A stretch of DNA of 64,000 nt from NCBI GenBank assembly GCA_041483895.1, contig JBGPGO010000003.1, positions 202,792 to 266,791 on the forward strand, given 5' to 3'. The notes under the pieces were generated by a model, which searched no databases, was not told the DNA's origin, and saw only the letters and a program-made list of their open reading frames with translations. Source of the stretch: Fimbriimonadia bacterium. GTDB lineage: Bacteria > Armatimonadota > Fimbriimonadia > Fimbriimonadales > JABRVX01. The translations under genes and the position numbers were made by a program. Position 1 is the stretch's first letter. Each line of letters starts with the position of its first letter. Positions 35,165-44,415 of the stretch are shown here, in pieces.

Positions 35165-35194
35165 ATCTTAGCAAACCACTTTAACGTTTGTCAA
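35165..35194 (-). promoter_or_regulatory. Near-consensus sigma70 promoter
   Basis: TTGACA-N18-TAAGAT with TGn extension on the minus strand. Confidence 0.8.
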
Positions 35195-35212
35195 CCCCTA
35201 TCCCGGTATTTT

Positions 35213-35848
35213 TTACAAGTTTTCGTCCTTGGGGGCGGTTGGGCGGGGCAGGGGGAATAGGTCTTCCGGCCTCGTCATGCTGTACCAGGGGCCTCCCAAA
35301 CGTCCGATCAGATCAATTTTCGTCGTGTCCGGAACCCCATCCGTCAGGATGGATTCGTCGTAATGGCACATCACAATCTCGCCGATCACATAGTTCGCGG
35401 CGAGCGGACCTTCCCCGTGCCGGACGACCTGGAACAGCTTGCATTCGAAATTCGCCGGACTTTCGGCCACCAGCCAGGGCCGGATTTTCGTCGCCGGTTT
35501 CGGCGTGAACCCGGCTTTTTCCCACTCGCTCACCCCATACGGATACTCATAGCTGGCCTCGTTGACCTTCGAGGCCATCGACCGGGTGACGACCGAAATC
35601 ACATACTCCCCCGTCGCTTCGACGTTCACCAGCGTGTGTTTGGGAGCGGAATCGCGGGTGTTGGTTGGGGAAAAGGTCAAGCTCGGCGGATTGGAGCCGC
35701 CCATGATGAAAAAGCTGAACGGAGCGAGGTTGGGAACTCCTTCCGGCGATAGGGTGGATACGAAGGCGATCGGGCGAGGCGCGATGCACGGAAGGATCTT
35801 GGCGTATCGTTCGCGCGGCGGCAGCTCGGCGGGGTCGAACGAAAGCAT
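35213..35848 (-). CDS. Flavin reductase-like (DIM6/NTAB) protein
   Basis: PRPIAFVST, NLAPFSFF, KHTLVN, ESPANFEC, GRLGG. Confidence 0.9.
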   Translation of the reverse strand: MLSFDPAELPPRERYAKILPCIAPRPIAFVSTLSPEGVPNLAPFSFFIMGGSNPPSLTFSPTNTRDSAPKHTLVNVEATGEYVISVVTRSMASKVNEASYEYPYGVSEWEKAGFTPKPATKIRPWLVAESPANFECKLFQVVRHGEGPLAANYVIGEIVMCHYDESILTDGVPDTTKIDLIGRLGGPWYSMTRPEDLFPLPRPTAPKDENL

Positions 35849-36999
35849 CAGCGCTCCTGGATGTCGAAGCCCCGCTTGCGCAGCTCTTCCATGTATCGTG
35901 TGCCCGTTACCGCCAACTCATAGGGAATCGCTCCTGGCTTCACCCGTCCCTGCGCAATCTCGATGGCGTAGATCGAGGTGCTGAAGCCGGTCATTCGCTC
36001 CATGGCCGTGAAGCCTGTGGCGTCGTCGTGATAGTCCACAATATCAACAATTCGCTCCACGCTCTGCCCGCCCTTTACCCCTTTTGCCCAGCCGCGCACG
36101 GCGACGAGGTCTTTCGAATCGTTGACGAGGCGTGGACCCATCAGGGTGTGAAACACCTCTCGCGGTACGGCGGAACCGGTCCGTGTTTCGATTTCCGCCT
36201 GATCCCAGTAACCGAAGTCCTTGAAAATCTTCATGAGATGGCAGTGGCCGGGATATCGGAAGGTCTTGTACTCATAATTGCGAACACGGCCCTTGAAGCT
36301 GGTCGGGGCGGTGCTGGTGCCGCCGCTGGTGACAAAAGCCTCTAGCTTGCCAAGTTTTGGATGATCGACCTCTTCCAATTCTGTGAGAGTCGGGATGTGG
36401 ATGATTTCGCCGTTTCGCAATGCGGTCGCTTCGCCGCTGTACTCGGTCACGAGCCCTTCTACATTGAACACCAGTTTATAGTTGAAGGGCGGTTTGGGAT
36501 CCTGCGGCAGGCCGCCGCAATAGAGCTTTACGTCCGTGGCTTCGTCCATCGATTCCATCAGATAGGTCGCGATGTTGTTCACCATGCCTGGGGCCAGTCC
36601 GGTGTCGGGGACCACCGAAACGCCGGCGGCCTCCGCCCCGGCCGCGGCCGCGAGGGTCGCAAGGGTGATGTCCGTGTTGCCACCCAAGTCCACCATGCTG
36701 GTCTTGGCTGCCACGGCAACGGGTGCGATGCGCGGGTGCATCCAGTACGGAACGCAGCTCACGACGATGTCCATCCCGCTGAGGAACGAGCCCAGCTCCT
36801 CGGCGTCCAGGGCATTGACATGGTCCGGTTGGCAGATCTCCGATCCGACCAGCTTGTTCACCCGCTCCGCCGCACGCTGAGCCTGCGCCTTGTCCGAATC
36901 CCCCATCACAATGCGGTGCGGATTGCCGAACCGAGCGAGATCATAAGCGACCGACGTGCCCTGCATCCCCGAACCCAAAATTGAATAAACCGCGCCCAT
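35848..36999 (-). CDS. Saccharopine dehydrogenase / lysine 6-dehydrogenase family
   Basis: ILGSGMQG, DTGLAPG, CGGLPQ, EAFVTSGG, YKTFRYPGH, TAMERMTG; GGAGG SD before ATG 36999. Confidence 0.88.
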   Translation of the reverse strand: MGAVYSILGSGMQGTSVAYDLARFGNPHRIVMGDSDKAQAQRAAERVNKLVGSEICQPDHVNALDAEELGSFLSGMDIVVSCVPYWMHPRIAPVAVAAKTSMVDLGGNTDITLATLAAAAGAEAAGVSVVPDTGLAPGMVNNIATYLMESMDEATDVKLYCGGLPQDPKPPFNYKLVFNVEGLVTEYSGEATALRNGEIIHIPTLTELEEVDHPKLGKLEAFVTSGGTSTAPTSFKGRVRNYEYKTFRYPGHCHLMKIFKDFGYWDQAEIETRTGSAVPREVFHTLMGPRLVNDSKDLVAVRGWAKGVKGGQSVERIVDIVDYHDDATGFTAMERMTGFSTSIYAIEIAQGRVKPGAIPYELAVTGTRYMEELRKRGFDIQER

Positions 37000-37195
37000 A
37001 TTGCCTCCCTGCGCCGTTGCAGGCACAAATAATTGAGGAGCCCGCCCAAGACAAGCTCCCCGTCGCTAAGAAGATACCCCAGGGAACCATCGGAAATCAA
37101 GGCCCGTTAAGTTTCATTTTCGGCGATTTGCTTCCATTTGCTCGTACTTTGTTCCTACGGCAGGACCGGTTTTGGCTTGGACGAATTGGGTCTCA

Positions 37196-38644
37196 ATGAA
37201 GATTTTATCGGGCGCCCAGATGCGCGAGATGGACCGGCATACGATTGAAACAGTCGGTATCCCGTCTCTGGAGCTGATGGAAAGAGCCGGGCGGGTCGTT
37301 GCGGATTTCGTTTTGGAGCGGTTTCCTTCGGCTTCGCGGATATTGGTCGCGTGCGGGCGCGGGAACAACGGCGGGGATGGGTGGGTGGTCGCGCGCCGGT
37401 TGGCGGATGCCGGGAAGGACGTCTTCGTAAGCGCTCTCGAAAAGCGCGAGGATTGTTCCCCGGACTGCCAGGAAATGTGGCGGCGATCAGACATCGAGCC
37501 GAGCCGGGAGTACCATCCAAATCCCGATCTGGTTGTCGATGCGATATATGGCACGGGTTTCGACGCTTCGCGATCGGGTGATTTGGACGATCGGGTGACC
37601 GGGATGAGCAAGGCCGACGCTCGAATTGTAGCGGTGGACATCCCATCCGGATTGGACGCCACGACGGGAAAGATCGGAGCGGCTGCGGTGCGGGCAACCG
37701 CGACCGTGACATTCCAGAATCCGAAACTTGGATTTTTCCAGGCCGCCGGTCCGGACCATGTCGGCGAGGTGTATGTGCGCGACATCGGACTCGTGCCGGC
37801 GGAAGAGCACGCCGATGCGCCGGAGTTCCTGCTCGATCCGCGAATGCCATCCTTGCCCCGCACGGCGCACAAAGGAACGCGCGGCCATGTACTTTGCGTT
37901 GGCGGCTCGACGAGCATGCCCGGTTCCATCGCCCTCACCGCCATCGCCGCATTGCGAGCGGGCGCCGGCCTCGCCACCTGCGCCGTGCCGGAAACGATCC
38001 AACCCATCGTCGCCGGATATCACCCGGAAGTGATGACGATTCCATTGCCCGACGGCGGCACTGGACGCCTCACCGAAGCCGGAGCTAACAAAGTCCTGGA
38101 AGTTCTGCCGAAGTATAGTGTGATGGCGCTGGGTCCGGGGCTCACCGCGGAACCGGAAACCCAAAAGGCCGTGGAACTGCTTTTGCGCCAATCGGTTATT
38201 CCGATCGTGCTCGATGCCGACGGCCTCAACTGCCTTGCCAACATCGGACCGATTGCGATTCAAGAGGACCTGATCCTCACACCGCATCCGGGAGAAATGG
38301 GACGGCTGATGAACGTGCCGACGGAGAAGGTGCTGGAAAATCGGCTTGAAATCGCGAAGGCGTGCGCGATGAAATACAATGCCACCGTAGTCTTAAAAGG
38401 TATGTATAGTTTAATCGCCCATCCGAATCGCCCGACGATTGTTAATTCCACCGGCGGCAACCGCCTCGGCACCGCCGGCAGCGGCGACGTGCTGACCGGG
38501 GTGATCGCCGCGATGCACAACGAGCCGGCCACGGCGGTGTATCTGCATGGCCTCGCGGGGCAACAGGCGACGGCGTACCTGACCGCCACGGACCTGAGCA
38601 AGCGAATCTCCGCGTTGCGCGGCCGATTGGAGCACGACCATTAG
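37196..38644 (+). CDS. nnr: Bifunctional NAD(P)HX epimerase/dehydratase
   Basis: LMERAG, CGRGNNGGDG, VDAIYGTG, DIPSG, HKGTRG, DADGL, LTPHPGEM, AGSGDVLTG. Confidence 0.95.
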   Translation: MKILSGAQMREMDRHTIETVGIPSLELMERAGRVVADFVLERFPSASRILVACGRGNNGGDGWVVARRLADAGKDVFVSALEKREDCSPDCQEMWRRSDIEPSREYHPNPDLVVDAIYGTGFDASRSGDLDDRVTGMSKADARIVAVDIPSGLDATTGKIGAAAVRATATVTFQNPKLGFFQAAGPDHVGEVYVRDIGLVPAEEHADAPEFLLDPRMPSLPRTAHKGTRGHVLCVGGSTSMPGSIALTAIAALRAGAGLATCAVPETIQPIVAGYHPEVMTIPLPDGGTGRLTEAGANKVLEVLPKYSVMALGPGLTAEPETQKAVELLLRQSVIPIVLDADGLNCLANIGPIAIQEDLILTPHPGEMGRLMNVPTEKVLENRLEIAKACAMKYNATVVLKGMYSLIAHPNRPTIVNSTGGNRLGTAGSGDVLTGVIAAMHNEPATAVYLHGLAGQQATAYLTATDLSKRISALRGRLEHDH

Positions 38645-39848
38645 ACACTTTTTTGCGGCGCTCATTCTTCTCATCGGTTCTGTGGCATTTGCCGCCAAGC
38701 TGACGATCAAGTTCCCGGCAAAGGGCGACTATTCCATCTGGTTCGAGACTTCGGACGGAAAGCCGGCAGGCGACAAGATTCAGATCGAGGGAATGCAAGG
38801 CACGGATGTGGATGTTCCCGGCGATGCGAAGAAGCTGGTGGTGGAAAAGGCGGATACATTGGCGGTGGTGAATTTCAAGCCGCCATCGGTGGACATCGGC
38901 ACGAAGGATTTCAAATACGCCAAATCGCTGACGGTTAACGTTCAGCACGAGGGCAAGCCGGTGGCGTCCGCATTGGTCAAGCTGAAGGACCAAGACGGCA
39001 AGCGGGATCTGCTGATCTCGCCTGACATGAAGGGCACGGTGGCATTCGATCGCGTGCGATTGGGTGCGGTGGTCGCCGCCGTTGAATATACATTCGAAGG
39101 CAAGAAGAAAACCGCGGCGGAACTGCATGCCAATGTGGAGGCGGGCCAACCGACAACGCTCACCGTCGCGATTTCGGACAAGGTGGTGACGGTAGGCGAA
39201 GAAAAGGGCGCGCCAAAAGAGGCCGAGCCGTCCAGCGGATTCAACATCGGCTCGATGATCACGATCCTGCTCGCTCTCGTGGTCGGGGCCGGAGGGCTGT
39301 ATGCCGTAGTGCGTTTTGTGCAGCATAAAAGAGATTGGGTTTCGGCGAAGATGGAGGCGATGGGGGTCCAGCTGCCGTCCGACCCGGCGACGGGCGATCC
39401 GGGGGCGGTCCATACGTCCGGGTTCCGGGATGACGCCGCCCCGCCGCCACCCCTTGTGCCGGAAGGCGCCTGCCCGTTTTGCGGCCAGCCGAAGGGTCCG
39501 GACGGCTCTTGCGGATGCCAGATCGGCGGTTCGGTCGCGGCCGTCGCGGTTGCGACGTCGCCGCGACTATTTGCCATGAAGGGCCCCTATTCCGGTCAGC
39601 CGTTCGATCTGGGGGCCGATCCGGTGTCTGTGGGGCGCGAGCCGGGAAATACGATCTGCCTGGAAAACGACACAAGCATCAGCCGCCGCCACGCACAGTT
39701 GCAACGCCAGGATCGCGCTCTGCTCGTCGAGGATTTGGGTAGCACCAATGGCACCTTTGTCAATGGCCAGAAAGTGAGCGGACAGGTCACCGCCCAACCC
39801 GGTGACACCGTGCAGTTCGGAGAAAGTATGTTTAAGTATGAGGCCTAA
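38640..39848 (+). CDS. Single-pass membrane protein: extracellular beta domain, TM, Zn-ribbon, C-terminal FHA
   Basis: GRE...SRRHA...DLGSTNGT FHA motif; CPFC...CGC. A complete signal peptide needs a start at ATT 38640 (ORF track uses GTG 38682). Confidence 0.82.
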   Translation: MRHFFAALILLIGSVAFAAKLTIKFPAKGDYSIWFETSDGKPAGDKIQIEGMQGTDVDVPGDAKKLVVEKADTLAVVNFKPPSVDIGTKDFKYAKSLTVNVQHEGKPVASALVKLKDQDGKRDLLISPDMKGTVAFDRVRLGAVVAAVEYTFEGKKKTAAELHANVEAGQPTTLTVAISDKVVTVGEEKGAPKEAEPSSGFNIGSMITILLALVVGAGGLYAVVRFVQHKRDWVSAKMEAMGVQLPSDPATGDPGAVHTSGFRDDAAPPPPLVPEGACPFCGQPKGPDGSCGCQIGGSVAAVAVATSPRLFAMKGPYSGQPFDLGADPVSVGREPGNTICLENDTSISRRHAQLQRQDRALLVEDLGSTNGTFVNGQKVSGQVTAQPGDTVQFGESMFKYEA

Positions 39849-39851
39849 AAG

Positions 39852-41276
39852 TTGATCGATAGGCTGTTCTATCTGCTGATCGCGGGCGGCCTCGGTGGCC
39901 TTCTCGGCTGGCTGTGCAGCGAGCCGTTCATGCCCGGCGAGATTCTTCCGGTCGGCGTCAACATCAACTCTGCCGAATGGCATGAGCTGTATCGGAGGAT
40001 CGTTTTTCAACAGAATCTGCTAGGGTTGTTCACCGGGCTGTTTGTCGGCGGCCTCATCGGTGGAGCCAGCGGATGGTCGCAAGGATCGCGCGCGCAGATC
40101 AAGCGGGGGCTCCTATGGGGCAGCGTCGCCGGGGCCATAGCCGGCACGATCGGGGTTCAGATTGCGGCGACGGTTTACTCTTGGATTCAGTCCGTCCAGC
40201 CCAGGGCCAGAGAAAACTTCATTGGCGAACCCGTGCAGCTCATCGCGCGCGCGCTGGGTTGGGGGGCGTTCGGCATGCTTCTCGGAGCGGGCCAAGCCGT
40301 CGCGACCCGGTCCTGGCAGCGCGTTCGGCAGGGGGCCATCGGCGGGCTGATCGGCGGTGTCATCGGCGGCATCGCTTTTGAGGTGGTCGCGCCGCTGACG
40401 CAGGGAATCTCCCAAGCCGCCGAATCCGGTCGCGCGGAGGTCGGTCGCTTCAGCCGAGCGGTCGGGTTGGTCTGCATCGGCTCCGGCATCGGCCTGTTCG
40501 TCGGCCTGACGGAATTCCTATTGAGATCGGCCTGGATCCGGGTGCTGATCGGCCGCAACGAGGGGAAAGAATTCCTGGTGGACGCGCCCCGCACGCTGAT
40601 CGGCCGGTCAGAATCGGTCGACATTCCGCTCTTCGGCGACCCATCCGTTGTCCCGCAGCACGCCGCCATCGATCGCGCTGGGAGGGAGTACGTGCTGACC
40701 GCCGCGGGACCGCAAGCGCCGGTTTTCGTCAACGGCCAGCCGGTCGGACAGATGGCGTTGCGAGATGGCGACGTGATGCAGATCGGCCAGTTTCAGCTTC
40801 AATTCCGCCTGAAATCCGGCCAAGGGGTTCGTGCTCCGGTGGACATGCGCAGGTCGGCGCCAGTCCCCATGCCGTCCGTGCCCGCAAACGTGTGCCCCTA
40901 TTGCGGCCAGGTCAAGGGACCGTCCGGCGAATGCGCATGCACACCGGTCGCCGGTCAGACAGCCCCGATTGGAAGCGTCGCAACCGCCGCCAAGGTTCAG
41001 GCCGTAGTGGTGATGGATGGGCCGATGGCCGGGCAACGCTTTCCGCTCGCCGGTGCAATCATAATCGGCCGAGAGGCGCTTGGCGGGATACAGATCGGAT
41101 ATGATCAACTTTCCAGCAGGAAACATGCGCATATCGAACCGGCCGGCAGTGATTGGATCGTCTGCGACGACGGCAGCACGAACGGAACGTTCGTCAATGG
41201 CGTTCGAATCAGCAGGCAGCCCGTCGTTCCGGGCGACGTTATCACAATTGGAGCGACAAACTTCCGGGTAGAGTAG
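39852..41276 (+). CDS. Gly-rich polytopic membrane protein with two FHA domains and a Zn-ribbon
   Basis: About 6 Gly-rich TM segments; degenerate FHA (IGRS...QHA); CPYC...CAC; canonical FHA (GRE...SRKHA...GSTNGT). Confidence 0.85.
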   Translation: MIDRLFYLLIAGGLGGLLGWLCSEPFMPGEILPVGVNINSAEWHELYRRIVFQQNLLGLFTGLFVGGLIGGASGWSQGSRAQIKRGLLWGSVAGAIAGTIGVQIAATVYSWIQSVQPRARENFIGEPVQLIARALGWGAFGMLLGAGQAVATRSWQRVRQGAIGGLIGGVIGGIAFEVVAPLTQGISQAAESGRAEVGRFSRAVGLVCIGSGIGLFVGLTEFLLRSAWIRVLIGRNEGKEFLVDAPRTLIGRSESVDIPLFGDPSVVPQHAAIDRAGREYVLTAAGPQAPVFVNGQPVGQMALRDGDVMQIGQFQLQFRLKSGQGVRAPVDMRRSAPVPMPSVPANVCPYCGQVKGPSGECACTPVAGQTAPIGSVATAAKVQAVVVMDGPMAGQRFPLAGAIIIGREALGGIQIGYDQLSSRKHAHIEPAGSDWIVCDDGSTNGTFVNGVRISRQPVVPGDVITIGATNFRVE

Positions 41277-41285
41277 GAGCAGGTG

Positions 41286-42644
41286 ATGAGCATTCCAGGC
41301 AGCGACCCCAACAAGACGCAGATTTTTGGCCCCGCCGACCCCAACAAAACCCAAATGGTGGGAGCGCCCGATCCCAACGTCACCCGCATGACCGGTCTCG
41401 CCCCGGGCAAAGCATTGTCGCTCGAAATCGTCGCGGGCCGCAAAGTAACGCTGGCCAACACGATGTCACGCGAAGCTTTCCTCATCGATTTGGTCGCGGG
41501 GCAGTCTCTCGGCGGGACTCGCCAGCCGCTCAACCTGTGCCTGGTTATAGACCGGAGCGGTTCCATGGAGGGCGAGCCGCTGGAATATGTGAAGCGCGCC
41601 TGCGACTATGTCGTGGACCTGCTGGACCCAAACGATGTGCTGAGCATCGTGACGTTCGAAGAGGTGGTCGAGGTGCTGATGCCGCCGCGCAAGGTGGTGA
41701 ACAAGGACCTGGTAAAGCAGCACATTCAGCGAATTGCTCCCGGCAACACGACCAACCTATTCGACGGAATCCAGTTGGGCGCGCAGCAGGCATTCTCTGT
41801 CGCGGAACCCGGCCGCCTGTCCCGTCTGGTGCTCCTGACCGACGGCGACCCGACGGCTGGAATAAAAGACTTCCCAAGCATCGTCAACCTGGTAGGCGAT
41901 CTCAAGCAGCGGGGTCTGACGATAACTGCGCTCGGTTTCGGGCCGGAATATAATGAAGAGCTTGTCGCCGGCATCGCGCGAAAAGCCGGGGGAAACTACT
42001 ATTTCATCGCCCGGCCGGACCTGATCCCAGAGGTGTTCCGCAAAGAGCTGGAACGCATCATGACCACGACCGCGCTCAACATCAAGATGAAGCTGCGATT
42101 CTCCCGATGGGTGCAGCCGAGGCAGATATACGGCCATCAAGTGAACCTGACCCAACGCGAGATCGATCTGGCGCTGCCCGATGTGGAAAAGGGAACGACC
42201 GTCGGCAATGTGGTCGAAATGGATTTTCCGAACCATCCGGTCGGCGATTACCGCGTGGCAAAAGTGACCGTAACCTACGACGATGCGGTGTCCGGCCAAA
42301 CGGAGATTCTTGATGGAGATATCGTGATCCAATTTACCGGCGACCGATCGAAGGTACCTCTCGAGCCGGATCCGCGTGTGGCTAGAGAAATTCAAGCGGC
42401 GGCGGCATCCCGCGCGATGGAAAAGACATTGATGGGAATGCGCACGCAGCAGGTCAATGCCGCGACGGCTGTGTTGGAGCTTCAGAAAACCCAAGCCATG
42501 CTGGCCGGTCAGGGCCGCGCGCAGGAAGCGCAAGAGGTGGCCCAGGCGATCCGTGAGCTGCAAAAGGGCGATACCGGCGCGGTGGAAAAGACGCTGATCG
42601 GCACGGTTATGAACCTGGATCAGGGCAAGAGGAGCGGGAACTGA
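41286..42644 (+). CDS. vWA-domain protein (YfbK/CLCA-like)
   Basis: MIDAS DRSGS...T...LTDG; GGNYYFI; N-terminal DPNxTx repeats. Confidence 0.88.
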   Translation: MSIPGSDPNKTQIFGPADPNKTQMVGAPDPNVTRMTGLAPGKALSLEIVAGRKVTLANTMSREAFLIDLVAGQSLGGTRQPLNLCLVIDRSGSMEGEPLEYVKRACDYVVDLLDPNDVLSIVTFEEVVEVLMPPRKVVNKDLVKQHIQRIAPGNTTNLFDGIQLGAQQAFSVAEPGRLSRLVLLTDGDPTAGIKDFPSIVNLVGDLKQRGLTITALGFGPEYNEELVAGIARKAGGNYYFIARPDLIPEVFRKELERIMTTTALNIKMKLRFSRWVQPRQIYGHQVNLTQREIDLALPDVEKGTTVGNVVEMDFPNHPVGDYRVAKVTVTYDDAVSGQTEILDGDIVIQFTGDRSKVPLEPDPRVAREIQAAAASRAMEKTLMGMRTQQVNAATAVLELQKTQAMLAGQGRAQEAQEVAQAIRELQKGDTGAVEKTLIGTVMNLDQGKRSGN

Positions 42645-43504
42645 TGGCCGAGATGGATCCCAACGCAACCCAGGCGCTTGTTGCCGACCCAATGAAAACG
42701 GCGATGGGAATGCCGGCGCCGGGGCTCGGCGCGACGCAGGCCATCGCGCCGGTCCAGTGCCCAGTCTGCAAGCAGCACAACCCGCCGGGTGAAATTTATT
42801 GCGTGGAATGCGGACTGCTATTTACATCGGAAATGGTGGAGGAACCGGTTGCCGAAGCCGCGCCGTTGCCGTGCCTGGTGGAGGCGGGCGGCAGGGAACA
42901 GCATTTGCGGCTCGGGTCCAACATTATCGGACGCGACGGGACGGACATTTTGCTCAATGATTCCCGCGTTTCGCGCCGCCATGCGGACCTGTCTCTCGCG
43001 GAGGACGGCAGCGCAACGATTGAGGATTTGGGCAGCACGAACGGCACGATGGTCGGAACGGCTCGACTGGAGTCGGGCCAAAAGATTCCGGTAGAGAACG
43101 GGACCAAGCTGTTTTTCGGCGGGCTGGAGATGACGCTCTCGCTGCCGGGCGAGGCGATGAGAACAGCCGCCATGCCCGCCGCCGCACCTCCGGCGGAAGA
43201 TGCCGTTGACGCGGTCGCCCATCTCGTCGGGCCGGATGGAACAAAGCATCCAATCATCGAGGGGGAGACAACTCTTGGCCGCCGCTCGACCAACAACATC
43301 GTTATCCCCGACGCTTTTCTTTCCGGCAACCACGCAAAGTTTGTTTCCAAAGACGACGGACTGTATTTCGTGGACATCCGCAGCACCAACGGCTCGGCAT
43401 ACAACCAGCGAAAAGTGGAGCCGAATGAAGAAGTCAAGATCGCCGATGGCGACGAGATCACGTTCGGGCAAACCACCTACGTCGTGCGGTTTCCTGAAAA
43501 GTGA
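42644..43504 (+). CDS. Zn-ribbon + tandem FHA domain protein
   Basis: CPVC...CVEC; GRD...SRRHA...DLGSTNGT; GRR...SGNHA...STNGS. Confidence 0.9.
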   Translation: MAEMDPNATQALVADPMKTAMGMPAPGLGATQAIAPVQCPVCKQHNPPGEIYCVECGLLFTSEMVEEPVAEAAPLPCLVEAGGREQHLRLGSNIIGRDGTDILLNDSRVSRRHADLSLAEDGSATIEDLGSTNGTMVGTARLESGQKIPVENGTKLFFGGLEMTLSLPGEAMRTAAMPAAAPPAEDAVDAVAHLVGPDGTKHPIIEGETTLGRRSTNNIVIPDAFLSGNHAKFVSKDDGLYFVDIRSTNGSAYNQRKVEPNEEVKIADGDEITFGQTTYVVRFPEK

Positions 43505-44415
43505 CCTGTATTTCTTGCGGATCCGATAACCCGGAAGGGGCAGTCTTTTGCACCCATTGCGGCGCGGAATTGGTGGAGCGCACGCAGGAATTCGCGCTGC
43601 CCGATCTCGGTGAATACACCCCTCCGCCGCTGCGAATGCGACCGGTGATTCGCGTCGCCGCAAAAACCGACATGGGCCGCGTCCGCGAAAACAACGAGGA
43701 CAAATTCGAATACTATCAGCCCGACAAGCCGCCCGTTGTCGCCGCGCGCGGATCGGCGTTTGTTGTTTGCGATGGCATGGGCGGGCATGCGGCGGGACAG
43801 ATCGCCAGCGAGATTGCCGCGAAGACATTTCTCGATATCTACTATCGCAGCAGCGCCGCCTATTTTCCGGATGCGGCAACAGCCGGGGTGTCTGAGGCGA
43901 ATCGATATGTGGCCGACGTGGCGAAGACGATTCCCGATCGGCATGGGATGGGGACCACGCTGACCGGCCTCATTATTTGTCAGGACCAAGCGTTGGCGGT
44001 CCATGTCGGGGACTCTCGAATGTATCGCCTGAGCGGGTCGGAATTTGGGATGGTGACGACCGACCAAACATGGGTGGAAGAGCAGGTGGCTTCCGGAGCG
44101 ATGACTCACGAGGAAGCGATGCACTCGCCCTACGCGCATGTGATCACGAATGCCGTTGGTATGATGACGACCACCAAGCCGGACCTGATCCCCATCGAGC
44201 CCAAAGTCGGGGACCGCTATCTTTTGTGCAGCGACGGGCTGACCAACCATGTGAAGGATAACGAGATACGGGACCATCTGATGGAATACGGACCATCCGA
44301 TGCCTGCTGGCGGCTGGTGAATTTGGCCCTGGATCGCGGCGGCAGCGATAACTGCACGGTGCTGGTTGCGGAGCTTACGGACCTGATTCCGGCTGATACC
44401 CAATCGGAAGTTTGA
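43501..44415 (+). CDS. Zn-ribbon + PP2C (PrpC/Stp1-type) Ser/Thr phosphatase
   Basis: CISC...CTHC; GRVRENNED, CDGMGGH, MGTT, HVGDSR, LCSDGL, GGSDNCT. Confidence 0.93.
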   Translation: MTCISCGSDNPEGAVFCTHCGAELVERTQEFALPDLGEYTPPPLRMRPVIRVAAKTDMGRVRENNEDKFEYYQPDKPPVVAARGSAFVVCDGMGGHAAGQIASEIAAKTFLDIYYRSSAAYFPDAATAGVSEANRYVADVAKTIPDRHGMGTTLTGLIICQDQALAVHVGDSRMYRLSGSEFGMVTTDQTWVEEQVASGAMTHEEAMHSPYAHVITNAVGMMTTTKPDLIPIEPKVGDRYLLCSDGLTNHVKDNEIRDHLMEYGPSDACWRLVNLALDRGGSDNCTVLVAELTDLIPADTQSEV

